NCBI GenBank assembly: GCA_036172245.1 | Contig: JAYWIR010000016.1 | Span: 3,162,001-3,226,000 of the forward strand | Origin: Raillietiella orientalis | Taxonomy: Eukaryota | DNA length: 64,000 nucleotides | Reading direction: 5' to 3' | Shown here: positions 15,201 through 25,850 of the stretch, piece by piece | Numbering within the stretch: the stretch's first letter is position 1 | Layout of the letters: the number at the start of each line of letters is the position of its first letter | Notes under the pieces: model-generated | Told to the model about the DNA's origin: nothing | The model's input: only the letters and a program-made list of their open reading frames with translations | The model's database searches: none | Program-made: the position numbers and the translations under genes

Positions 15201-17969
15201 GCGAAGTGAAAAGGGATCGCGTACATATTCAAGTTAAAGAAACCTTGCAAGTGAGTAAAAAGATCGAGGGAAGGCGAGATGATGGGTCCCCTGCTTGCTT
15301 CTAGACCATCGAAGCAGCTGAGCTTTCGGTGTAGTGCAAGACGATCGCCTGAGGTGAAGGGCAGAAGAACATTTGCGGACAAAGAAGGACATCCTCAGTA
15401 CGCAGAGAGAGCCTCTGTTAGACCGTCAGTCCCATCGGAAGTTCAAACGTTCATCGCTGAAGCACGCATGCTGGAAACAGGCATCAAGGAGCAGCTGTGG
15501 ATGTCACTGCTGAAGAGCAACCGCAGTTGCAAGACTGACACGAAGCGTCTCAATCTGCCCATGCTGCGAGCGGCTTCTAAAGTCAGCGGAATATCAGCAG
15601 AAGCCAGAGACCATTTATTCGGCCGATCGATGGTGCAAAAGTTCTGGAACAGTGGTTTATCTGATACACGGGGGCTACTGTGAGAACCAGCGAATTTTGA
15701 GAAGTTTTCGAAATCTTAGGAGGTGCCGAAAATCCGAAAGCAACTGTCTGAGAAAGAAGCAACTCATCCCGTGGGGGTGTACAAGTGAGGTCAACGGCGA
15801 GGAAACGAAAGCAACCGGGAAAAAAAAAAAAAAAAAAAAGACGGCTGAGGAAAAAAGTCAAAGTCCTCAAAGACACAGGAGCGAAGACGGTGCAGAATGG
15901 AGGAAACTTCTGAGCAGCCGCTAACGAGCGACCTACACAGAGGTACGACGGCACGAAGGGGGGAAATAGTTGACAAAGCAGTCGAGGGTGGGGCAGAGAT
16001 GAAGCCCCCTTCCCTGAGCATAAATGAATTAAGGGGTGAGAGCAAGTGAGCATCGAAAACTTCAAAAATCCGAGGAAGGTGCATACCAAGACTGGTGAAG
16101 GTTTCGGCGCGTTAAAGGATTCAAGACGAGTGGGCAATTCCGAGATGTGTCCAGAGATTCCCTCTTTGTTCTTTTCTGGATTCCACGGAGCCTGTCAGCA
16201 TCCAGGGAACGCATGCAGCTCTGGGGTTCTGGCCGCCTCAGAATCCACTTCCTGCGATCCGTGCTGCAATCATTTTGTTAACAGAATCCCAAAATTGACT
16301 CCGCTTTATCAGCGGCATGTAAATGGGAGCTGATAAGAATGGACAAACGGCTTCCGCCCGACGGTCGTTAAGGAAAGATGCTGCAAAAGGCTCGCCTGGC
16401 TGAACAGGCATCCCCAGGTCTTTAGGAGAGCTCGGCATTCGATTACATTGGGGAGACCAAACCATTTTCCTACTACTCGAAAGCCCCTTCGTCGTCTGTT
16501 TGGGAGGAAGGAAAAAGAAAAAAATTCGCTACTTCATTATACAGCTCTGGTCCTCTTGACCTGTGTACACGACACGAGGGAGGGCGCGCGGAAATGCGCC
16601 GTGGACATGCAGAGTCTCTGGAAATTCTTTCCTCCCGCGCGGAACGGTTTGGCCACACATCCGCTGATGTGTGCCACGGAGGGCACAAAAGCACGGGTAG
16701 GTCTTTGGTTGGTCGGGGCAGCGACGGGCACCAATTTTTCCCGAGGTGAGGTTGACGCTCGTCCACTGTGCTTTCTCCCCGAGATCTCCAGGCTCAGAAG
16801 GGAAAGAGGGAAAGGAAAAAAAAAAAAAAAGAAGAAGGCGGGGGGAGGTAAACTCTGGAACGGAAAGCTGGAGGAGAGTCTGCATTCAGAATTTCTACGC
16901 TCCCATTTCGGAAAGCGAAACCGAAAACCGCGAAAGTCACGAACGCCCGGAGAAAGGCCCCGTGGCCACGAGAGCGTCCGGTAATGAGATTTTTATCATG
17001 CGTTTATGGTCAACATGTGAGGGATGGGGAGGAATGGGAAAAGGCAGCAGGATCGGGACTCACCAACGTAAACAGAAGGGCGCCGAAGGAAAACCTGAAC
17101 ATGCAGAACCATGCAGAAATCACAAGCAAACAAACAAACAAACAAAAAAAGAAAAAAAAAGAAGGGAAAAATGCGGACTCGATGCACACCGCGTCGTCGC
17201 CATGAGCAACCGCACCTGAAGCAAACTCGGAGGTCGAGGGAATCTCTCTAACTTCTTAAAAGATGGTTTCTTCCTTTCCGTTTTTCCTTTTTTTTTCAAA
17301 AAAAAGAAAAGGAAAAGAAACGTTTTGGGGGACAAGGAAAAAATTTCCTGAAAACGGCATCATATTTCGGTGTTCAATGCATGTTTTCAGCTGTTTGGGT
17401 GCAACGAAGCCAAAACGCGGCTCGGCCGCTTCGGAGGACGTGCGTCGAGACCCTGCTCGAAAAAAAAGGGGAAGAAAAAAAAAAAAAAAAAAGGAAAAGA
17501 GGAGGCGAAACCCCCGTCTGCTCGGTCCCTTCTGCGGCGACGGTCCCTGCGTCGCTTTCTCTGGACCACTCATCAGCCTCTCGTGCAAACACGCGAGGTG
17601 CGCGCGTGGCTTCGTGGCCACACATGCGACGAGCGATACCTCCTCGACCACACGTCCACGACGAAACCTCGTATCCTTTTTTCCTCTCCCTCCTCCTTCG
17701 AAACTTACTTTCGCTATCAAGGCTCCTTTCACGAAGATGCCGACTCCCGGATCCGCCTTGACCACCACCCCGGGATCGACCGTGAGCTCTCCCGGTTTGT
17801 CGATCACCAGGTTCCTCCTCAGGTAAACGGGGCTGTCGTCGATCGTCCACCTGTTTTTCGAGGAGGCGTTGAAACGGTTGGGGTCCATCGTGCCGCCGTG
17901 CCCGGGCACGCACAGGGCACACGTGAGGAGGAGGAGGAGGGGGAGGGATTTTGCGGAGTCGCTACGCAT
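267..17969 (-). CDS. bark: Bark beetle/anakonda-like large cell-surface protein (signal peptide, SRCR, CUB, parallel beta-helix repeats); 3' end beyond the left edge
   Basis: Hand-spliced exons, all GT-AG and phase-consistent: 17969-17709 (MRSDSAKSLPLLLLLTCALC signal peptide; LTVDPGVVVKADPGVGIFVKGALIAK), 9371-9211 (VRLVDGPNALAGRLQIFHKDEWRSVC, SRCR start), 6202-6015 (VACRQLGF...CMGPEKSLVEC), 4595-4254 (HWRGIHF), 2388-2117, 2052-1803 (CUB-like), 1717-267 (Asn-rich beta-helix repeats, NASYNWLG, RIFDRKDRYNLAKV, second SRCR start VRLVGGQNRNEGVLQ). Domain order matches arthropod Bark/Anakonda. Confidence 0.88.
6730..9150 (+). mobile_element. Highly decayed non-LTR retrotransposon ORF2 remnant in bark intron 2
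   Basis: Endonuclease-like SSDHQ at ~6935 followed by a GLASW-like segment; no intact ORF; boundaries approximate. Confidence 0.3.
9822..10395 (-). mobile_element. tRNA-headed SINE-like element, copy 1
   Basis: B-box GGGTTCGAATCCC on the - strand at ~10326-10338; body blocks (GGAAGTGCCCCTTCGGGTTTCTCTTCAGAG, GGATCCTTTCCGGGTTCCCT, GAGAGGAACGGA, GGTGGTGTGGACAGCGTTAAAG) shared with copies at 19.8, 35.4 and 38.2 kb. Confidence 0.75.
11900..14000 (+). mobile_element. Decayed RTE/CR1-type LINE ORF2, antisense within bark intron 1
   Basis: Degenerate RT motifs in the expected order: SPLFICIRG (~13105, cf. PLYICFVD), GVRPCSKISQLYL (~13318, cf. GVRQGCxLSPLLF); many stops and frameshifts; ends approximate. 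Confidence 0.5.
14348..14385. repeat. Perfect 18-bp inverted repeat with a 2-nt loop
   Basis: GCACTGTCATCATGAATC-TC-GATTCATGATGACAGTGC read directly. Confidence 0.95.
15450..15770 (+). mobile_element. Decayed L1/Tx1-like ORF2 C-terminus (zf-RVT-like)
   Basis: QLWMSLL...EARDHLFGRSMVQKFW resembles the Etxx-HLF-xC...W zinc-binding region; Cys residues lost. Confidence 0.4.
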
Positions 17970-18402
17970 CTCGCTGGCACGCGTTGGCGCCGAAAAGGAA
18001 AACTGCCTCGAGGACAAACTGCACGGGGGCACCCGCGTGTCAAACGGAACGACACTCGAGAGTCAGGCGTCCTCCGACCTGCTTCAGCACATACGCACTC
18101 GATAAAGAAGCTGCGAGGTTCGAATTACGTTCCATCCTCGGATGAGAGACATTTCGATTTGACGAAGAACTTTTTGTGCACGGTCGGAGTGCCCAACGCC
18201 GTTCCACTGCTTGGCCATAATGCCTTGGAACGATCACGTGACCATGACGCTACCTGTAAAGTCAGGTAAAAGATAACGCACGATAAGAGACGCCGCTCTC
18301 ATTGGCTGAAAGAGGAAGCGGCAAGATGGGGGTCGCCGGCATTGTTGGGAGGCTGAGAGGCTGTTGTTGCGGGCGGGGAGGAAAAGGATGAGGAGGGGGG
18401 GA

Positions 18403-18430
18403 CGTGCGTGCGTGCGTGCGTGCGTGCGTG
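18403..18430. repeat. (CGTG)7 microsatellite upstream of the bark start codon
   Basis: Seven tandem CGTG units read directly. Confidence 0.95.
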
Positions 18431-19789
18431 CGAGAGGAGATGAGACGAAACACTCGAAAAACAGGGAGCGGAGCCGGCAGGGGTGGGGTTCGTGGCGAGC
18501 CCGTCAGCCGGCAGAACTCTGCCTAAGCGGCGTTTCCATGGGAGCGCGGTGCGGCGCGTCCCGGCGAGCAGAAAGGGTTGCGAGGGGCCGACGCGCTTCC
18601 CAGAGCGCGCGCTCCCGCGGGCCCATCAGCAAGCTGCAGCGGCGGCAACGTTCGGGGGCAGCCGCCCTCGCGGCTCCTCGCGTTCGCGCGCCCGCCCCGT
18701 CTGCTGGATGACGCGCGGCGGATAGCGCGAGGGAGGTTCCTTGTCTCCGGGAAGAGCGAAGGAAAATGCGGATGGATACAGGACTCCCCCCGGCAAGGCG
18801 TGGAAACCTGCTGACGTCCGGGATCGGGGATGAGCGGGAAGAGCTGCGCGCCGGGGGAGGAAGGAGACGCGTGCTCCGGAAGAGATCCTTTCTTCCTCCT
18901 CTGCCTGCCCTCTCGCTTCCTCGCGCCGCTCGCGGAGCCTCCGGCTGGTCATCCGATGCGACAGAGAGGAGTGCGCGGAGGTTGGGGAAGGACGGGAGGG
19001 AGGAATCTGGAGAGAGGTCCCTCCGCCTGCGTCAGGGACTTCCGTTCCTTTCCTCGCTCCTATTCCCCTTTCTGGGGCCTGCCTCGAGGGCGCCGCCTCC
19101 CCCCCCCCCCGCCCCGCGTTCAGCTGGAGCGGGGCGTCAGGAAGCCGGCCAGACCTGGTACTTTGGAGGAAGCGCAGGCCCTCCGTGTTTGCCCCTTTGA
19201 AAGCCGGAGCGAGAAGTGCAGGCGCCCCCGGCTTGTTACCTTTCCCCCCGGAGGAGCACAGGAGCGGTCCCGCTGGTGGCGGGAGGGTCATCTCGAAGTC
19301 CGGGAGGGGTCTCACGGAGCCCCCCGCGGGCGGTCTCCCCGCGCGTGCGGGTCGCACCGGCGGTGCGCACGCGAGCCACCGTCTGGGTCATCGGCCAGCC
19401 CTGCGAGGCAGCTGGGTGGCGTCTGAGGAGACAGCAGCAGGGCGCTCACAGCAAGCCGCAGGCAGGCCCGCTGCCCTCGCCGAGCGCGCGCGCAGCGGCG
19501 TTCTCAAGAAGCGCCTTATGCACGGGGAAGCGGCCACGCGACCCTGCGAGCTTCGTCGGCGCGGGAACGGAGGCATGGACGAACGTCGAAAGGAGCACCC
19601 GGCCGCGCCCCGCGAAGGGAAGGGCCCTGGGAGGAAGGGAACCTAGCGAGCCTTTGGCCGCGCTTCCTCCATTTCATCCCCGAGGGAGAGCTCCCTCCCT
19701 TTCCGAAGGACGCTCCGGTGCCATGGCGCCCTTCCCGAGGACCTCCTCTTCCCTCGGCACGCTTCCCATGGCTGGTCTCGCTAGAGGGA

Positions 19790-20075
19790 ACCCCTCCCCC
19801 CGAAAGAGGGAACGGATCCATTTTCACAACCACAGGGGAACCCCGCAGGGCTCCTTGATTCCTGGAAGGACCTCGGAGGTCAACTTCCAATTCCTGCATC
19901 CGGCTTCCGGCTGAATTCACTGGTGCCTCACCAGAAGCCGACCAGCGTCATCTAGAGGGGGGACTCGAAACCCGCGAGACACCCTCCGTTCTCGGCGTCG
20001 ATCCTACCCCGACGTGGATTCGAACCCGCGACGCCTGGCTCTACAAGCGGAGACTGCAGCCGCGCGCCCGCGCTG
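19790..20075 (-). mobile_element. tRNA-headed SINE-like element, copy 2 (3'-truncated)
   Basis: GGCTGCAGTCTCCGC...GCGGGTTCGAATCC head, second B-box-like GGGTTTCGAGTCCC, and a GGTCCTTCCAGGAATC block shared with the copy at 38210. Confidence 0.72.
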
Positions 20076-20213
20076 GAGAAGGAAACGGGTACTACGGGAA
20101 GAAGGGAGCGGCCCGCTCTGTGGCCGCTCCGGTCTCTCCCCCTCACCCCTCCTTCCTCCCGCGGCTCCAGCCTGCCCCCTCGGGAGGCCGGCCTTACCGG
20201 AATCCATCCGGTG

Positions 20214-20281
20214 GCCCTAATCTTCCCAGTGGGGTAGGTGGTTGGCTTAGCACCCACCCACCCCACTGGGAAGATCGGGGC
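20214..20281. repeat. Near-perfect ~68-bp fold-back (25-bp core arms, 2 mismatches, 6-nt loop)
   Basis: ATCTTCCCAGTGGGGTAGGTGGTTG-gcttag-CACCCACCCACCCCACTGGGAAGAT, extended by GCCC/GGGC. Confidence 0.9.
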
Positions 20282-20339
20282 GTTTATTTCATATAAAAAT
20301 AAGCATTTACAAAGATTGTGGTTGGAGCGTTGGTTCAGC

Positions 20340-20880
20340 CACGTGCATTCAAATGGGAGCCTGCTGTTGACGTGGACACGTGGACCCCGACTGTTGCAGA
20401 TGCATGGAACGGGAATCCCTCCCGCACTTGCAACAGTAGACTGTGTTGACCTCCGGCCCCTGTGGGCTGCGTTACGCAACGCCCCTTCGTGCACCGACGG
20501 ACAACCTCAGGGACGTGAGGAAGCGTCTCTTCGTGAGCAATGTCCTTCCGCCTGAATCATCCACAGCAACTCTTTGCTGATGCCTACGTGGGATTACGGC
20601 GGCCTGGAGGTAGGCCAGAGGACGGCACGATAGGGACGCCATCTGCTTCACCCTGCGCTTCCTGAGGACGGCAACAAGATGTCCTCACCTGAAGGACAGC
20701 ATGTAGCGAGAGCTTGACGGCATCCTCGAAAGGATGCGGAGGACCGTCCCCAGCAGGACGTGATTCCCTCCCACCCACCCCACCACCAAATTTCCTTTTC
20801 TTTTTGTTTGCTCCCCCCTTAACCTCCCTTCTGCTGCTGTGGCGAACCTCACGAGCCTGCGTGCCGGTAACACTGCAGCT
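20340..20880 (+). mobile_element. L1/Tx1-like non-LTR retrotransposon, 5'-truncated copy A
   Basis: DPDCCRCMERESLPHL zinc finger (~20384); DNA similarity to 24620-25130; shared 3' UTR module. Confidence 0.75.
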
Positions 20881-20889
20881 CCCGTTGGT

Positions 20890-22270
20890 TTATCACCCGG
20901 TCACGCAAGGACGTTGATTATAAAAAATAGTAAACATAGGTAGGGCCATCGGCCCTACATCGTTTGAAAATTCTCGGAATTTGCCGAGTAACTGGCACGC
21001 AGGCTCGTGAGGTCGGAGGGAGGAGGGGCAAACAAAAATAAAAATAAATAATAAAAAAAAATCTCTAGTGGGCACGGGAAGAGATCACTGTCCGCTGGAA
21101 GGCGTCCACCGCATCCTTCCCAGGATGCTGGCAAGTTCCATCCTCAAAGCGGATGTGGCACCCCTGTCGCTCGGTCCTCTTGCGTGGCTTCAGGCCGCCG
21201 CGATCTCTCGTAGGCGACAGGGAATCGCTAGCAAGACTGCCGGCGGAAGTGCGTCGCGTAGGAGGAGGAAGGATCGTAAAGCGTCCCTAGGGCCACGGCG
21301 AAGCGTTCTCGGAGGGGTGGAGGGCAACACAGGTGCCACAAGCAGGTATGGGAGGGATCCGCGCACCCTGCACTGTGCCTGCACAGTTCGGGTTCATTCC
21401 TCCCTCTCCTCCCCCCCGTGTCCAGTGATGCCTGCGGGCGTTGCTCGGAAGACCCCGGCCCATCAAGGCCGACTCCTGTCACTTAAGAAGGAGAGCTTGG
21501 GCGTCTAAAAGGGACTGGGGACCACTGCAGGTCTTCCTTCGGAACATCCAGCAGCCCGTCCCAGCGCAAAAAGTCCTCACGGGGAAGAACACTGGAGCTC
21601 GCATGCTGACCCGTCGTCCACTTGTCCAGTCCTCTTCTCCTGCCGGAGATTTCCGCAGTGACCTCCCATCTGGTCGCGAGGCTGCTTCCCGAATGTTCCC
21701 TCAGGGAGGGTAACGCTGCGGCCAGGGAGGTTCTGCCTGCCCACGCACTCCTCTCGGGATGTTCCGGGATCACCCGGATCGTGGGGTGGGCGGTAGTGGT
21801 GCACGTCCCCCTCCGGCCGCTTTCCTTCAGGGACGCTCCCAGAGGGAAAAGTTCGGCCCCGGGTCTCCTCCATCGGGGAAAAGGGGGGAAGGAACTGTCC
21901 CTGTTCGGGACATCAAGACGTTGGCCCCACGACCACCCTTGAAGTTCCTTCAGAAGTGCACGACCCTTGGACTCCAGCGCTCGGGATGGGCCAGGCCCCC
22001 GGAGGTTCGAGACCTCCATGTAAACCTCCTTCCACGACCCCTCGAGGATCCTCCCAGTTGTGAGGACAGGCCGTGGAGGGGGAGGTCGGCATCGCGTCCA
22101 CTTCCGGGTCAGCTGTCCTCCGCAAAGTTCCCTCGCGCCCCGAGGCATCAGCTCTGGTGTCTTCCGGAGCAAACGGCGAGGACGCGCACCTGCTGGCGGG
22201 AATATGGCGCTTCCTCTCCCGGTCCGATACTCCCGTAACCAGGAACGCGTCGTCGACCAACTTCAGAACC
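20890..22270 (-). mobile_element. L1/Tx1-like non-LTR retrotransposon, 5'-truncated copy B (tail-to-tail with A)
   Basis: SAWAGRTSLAAAL..LREH, LLRW-like and EPELCRHS segments parallel copy D; shared 3' UTR at 20900-21060. Confidence 0.78.
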
Positions 22271-22959
22271 TCCTCGGGCATGCTGGGGGGGAGGGGGGCC
22301 AAGCGCCCGCCCCGCTCAGCTTTACCGGTGCAGACGCGGCGGCGGTCATCCGACGGAGGAGTCGTCCCTCCCCCTCCCCCCTTTCCTTCCATTTCGAGGG
22401 ATCCGACAGAACCCCCGCGGGGTTCTCTGCCTTCACGGTGGGGAACTCCGACTCCCCCCTCCCTTTCCCCCGCTACTTCCCTCCCTCGCCTGCCTGTCCG
22501 CGAGAGGCGTCGTCGCGAAGGCCTCCTCCAGGCGGCGCATGCTCTGTCCTCTCGAGCCCCCGTCGGACGGTTGTGGGTGAGCCGCGCAGCACGCCGGGGA
22601 ATGCATCATCCCTTTCTCCAGTCTCTCTTCTACCCATCGTGTACGCTCTACATACCGCTGCGTACCATGGAGCCGGCTCACCCATCCCTGTCTGTTTATT
22701 CATTGTCCTTTCCTTCTCTCCCCCTACTCCTCCCTGCTGGTCTTGTACCCAATGGGGGAAGGGGGTAGTGGGTACTGGTCGAACGCGTCGCTGCTTCTCG
22801 CTGAACGGCACGAATTCGATTCATTCTTTTGAAACGAATGGGTCGGACTGTCCTGAGTGAGGTCACGCCTCGGAGTGACCACACCGCCCGAGGCGTTTCT
22901 CGTCAAAAATGCAAATAGCAAACACGCAGAGGTGGTCTCCCGGGTCAAGGCTCGGAGTC

Positions 22960-23210
22960 CCGACTCAGATCTGCAGCGGAGCGGTGGGGTGGAGAAGGAA
23001 AGCGGAAACAGGCCGTCCGGGAGCAGGTGGGAGGGGAAGGAGAGATCGCTGCTACTTCCCGTTCCGTCGGGTCCTCCGCAGGGTCTCTCGTCCCACCACC
23101 AAATTTTCCTTTTCTTTTAGTTTGCTCCCCCTACCTTACCCTCTGCTACCGAGGCGAACTTCGCCGGCCTGCGTGCCGGTTACTTGGCAGGTTTCGAGAA
23201 TTTTCGGGCT
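22960..23210 (+). mobile_element. L1/Tx1-like element, 3' UTR fragment (copy C)
   Basis: CCCACCACCAAATTTTCCTTTTCTTTTAGTTTGCTCCCCC nearly identical to 20779-20818, followed by the conserved stem-loop module and GAGAATTTTC. Confidence 0.7.
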
Positions 23211-23289
23211 TAGCCCGGAAAAGAGGAGTGGCGGCATTCACCAAGTCGCTCGTCTTGCAGCCGTCCAGGAGTTTCTTGACTCTTGCAAT

Positions 23290-25232
23290 GATGCAGGAGA
23301 ACTCCCAACCCACTGGTTGGCTGCTGCCACTTCTTTCCCTGAGGGCAGACAGTGTTGCTGCAAGGGCTGTGACGGCTGTCCGAGACCGCTGCGTCCAATC
23401 CTGCTGGAGATCTCTCAGCGGTTTGAGCAGAGCGGTCGCAGTTCTTCGGGGTACACCTCCAAGAGGCAACCCAGGACTCCAGAGCCTCCTGTCGCCAGAT
23501 GTTCCAGTTTATGGGGAGGCAGGAGATCCACGAGATGGCTACAAGAGGTGGCTACAGATGCCTCAGAGGGGTAACCAAGTCCGGTCCTTTGGTGTTGGTG
23601 CGCAGCAGCAGCGAAAGAAGTCCTGCGCTCCTGACGCATTCGCTGGAGGATGTGGAGTGACGGAGCACACCAATGGGAGTACCACAGTTGACCACACAGG
23701 GAGAAAAGTCGGAATTGCACCTGCAGTCCGATCTTCTCAATGGTCAGAACAGAGGTCGGGATGCCCGAGCCACTGTCCTGGCGCAGCAACACCAAGTCTT
23801 TCAGGCGTATCCAGAGCCTTGCCCCGTCGGGGGCACCAGCAGATGCCTCGCGTCCGTCTGAAGGACTTGTGTGCCCCTCGTCGCGATGGGGGCCTCGGCC
23901 TCCTCACGCTGGAGCTGCTGGAACTGCAGCTGCAGTTCAGGACAATTGCCCTAGTGGCGAAGTTGTGGAGCACCAGCTGGTGCGAGCCTGCACGATACCT
24001 GGTTCGGCGAGCCAGCGGCTGCGCGGGACTGTCTATACCTTCCTAGCGCGCCGTAAACTCCGGTACCTGTTCCACTGCGGACTGGCACTTCGGCGAGTGG
24101 TCAAGCTGACCAGAACGAACACCTGGATTCCTGCCGGCCCGCGAACGGTACTTCCTGGTTGCAGGAAAGCCTTCGCACGCGGGCCCAGATTGAGGAAACG
24201 AGCCCGGAGTTGCGGCAACGACTGCTGCACTCCTTTTACAAGAGCCGCTCGCTGCAGGACATCATCGTGCAGCCCGCCTTGAGTGCGTGGGCTGAGAGGA
24301 CCTCCCTAGCCGCGGCTCTGTCCCACCTCAGGGAGCACCTGGGCAGTAGCCAGCCGGCGAAATGGGAAGTCCGGTGCAGTATCTCTGGAAGAGAGAGAGA
24401 GCAAGGTGGTTGGTCCACGGGCCAGTTGACAGACGCTGCGACCCCAAGTGCCCCACTGAAGGGACTATTGCGCTGGGGCGAGCTGCTGAGCATCCCGATG
24501 GATGTACTCGAGTGGCCCCCGGTGCTGAAGACTACCCAGGCCCTCCCCCTGAAGTGGCAGGAGTCGGCGTTCCTGGTGTTGCACTGGGGACTCCCCAGCA
24601 ACGCCCGCCGTTCTCACTGGACGAGGGGGGCTGTGGACCCAAATTGTGTCAGGTGCGGGGAACCAGAAACCCTCCTGACCTGCTTCTTGACTGTGTTGCC
24701 CTCCGGCCCCTGTGGTTGCTTTTCGAAACGGCCCTAGGAGCACCCACGAACAACCTCAGAGACGTGTTGAAGCGCTTCTTTGTGCGCGACGCCCTTTCGC
24801 CTGCCGCAGCCCTTGCAGCGCTCTGCTGCCTACGAGGGATCGTGGCGGCCTGGAGCAACGCCACTGGTGGACCGCACGATAGGGACGCCACCTGCTCCGC
24901 CCTACTCTTCCTGAGGAGGGCAGCCGAATGGTCTCATTTGGGACGTATGCGGACTGATACTTGCCGGCATCCTGGAAAGGATGTAGAGGACGACCCCAGC
25001 GGAACGTGATCCCTTCCCCAACCCCTCCCTGCTTTTGTAAATAGTGTTTTCTTTTTTTTGTTTTTATTTGTCCCTTCCCCCTCCGCTGCCGAGTCGAACT
25101 CGCCAGCCTGCGTGCTGGCTACTTGGCAAGTTCAGAATTTTCATTAGAACTTTTCTCGGACGCTGTAGGGGCAATGGCCCTACACTTGCTTGTTTGTTTT
25201 TACCAAAAAATAAACGCCCCGGCGCACCCGGG
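23290..25232 (+). mobile_element. L1/Tx1-like non-LTR retrotransposon, 5'-truncated frameshifted copy D
   Basis: RVRLKDLCAPRRDGGLGLL (typical of the L1/Tx1 post-RT region) and FLVLHWGLP...DPNCVRCGEPETL (zf-RVT); structured 3' UTR containing AATAAACG. 5' boundary approximate. Confidence 0.85.
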
Positions 25233-25239
25233 TGTAAAA

Positions 25240-25850
25240 GTAGATGCCTCGCGGCTACCGGGCAGTGGTTCAGCCAGACTCCCGGAAGGCGCCACCCTTC
25301 TGGCGCGTGGTGGCACTCCGATGTTCCTATCCGGGAGCGGTCGGGTCGCCTCGCTCGCCCGCAGACGCAGGTGATCTCCAAGGAAGGTGAGTCGTCGACG
25401 CGCCTTCCCATCTTGGAACGCCCGGTCGACGGGTTGAGCGCAACTCGCTGACCCGGTTGTGCTCGCTGGCGGGCGCATACAAATATCGCCCTGCAGGAGT
25501 CGGGTGGGCGTCTCTGGACACGCGCAGCTTCCTCGCTTTCGAGGATCCCACCAGAAGTCGGATACGGTCCCCGCTCGAGTGAGACTGCTGGCGCACTGGA
25601 CGTGGGTCGCCCAACGAGGTCGACCGCGTCGGACCACCTGAAATCAACGAGGACAGAGCGATCCACTGCCGGCCACAGCAGGAGGAAAACCACCATCCCG
25701 TGCGAGCGCATAGGGAGCCACGGCCCTAAAGCAGCGTTCCAGCAGCCGCGGCGTCCTCCGCCGATGTCCTGCGGATCCCTCTTTTGCAGGAGCATCATCA
25801 AGGCGGAAGCGTCTCGTCTCCCTCCGCCGCAGCGTGGCGCTGTGGCATTT
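25240..25850 (-). mobile_element. Decayed APE-endonuclease remnant of a non-LTR element
   Basis: Motifs in order across frames: MMLLQK (cf. LQE), HGMVVFL (cf. GVAIL), TFLGDHL (cf. GDFN), LPGVW (cf. LxDxW). Confidence 0.4.

Noticed and set aside
25236..25300. A fifth SINE head right after Tx1-like copy D
   Set aside because: Similarity is patchy, there is no B-box, and the region fits an antisense endonuclease remnant better.
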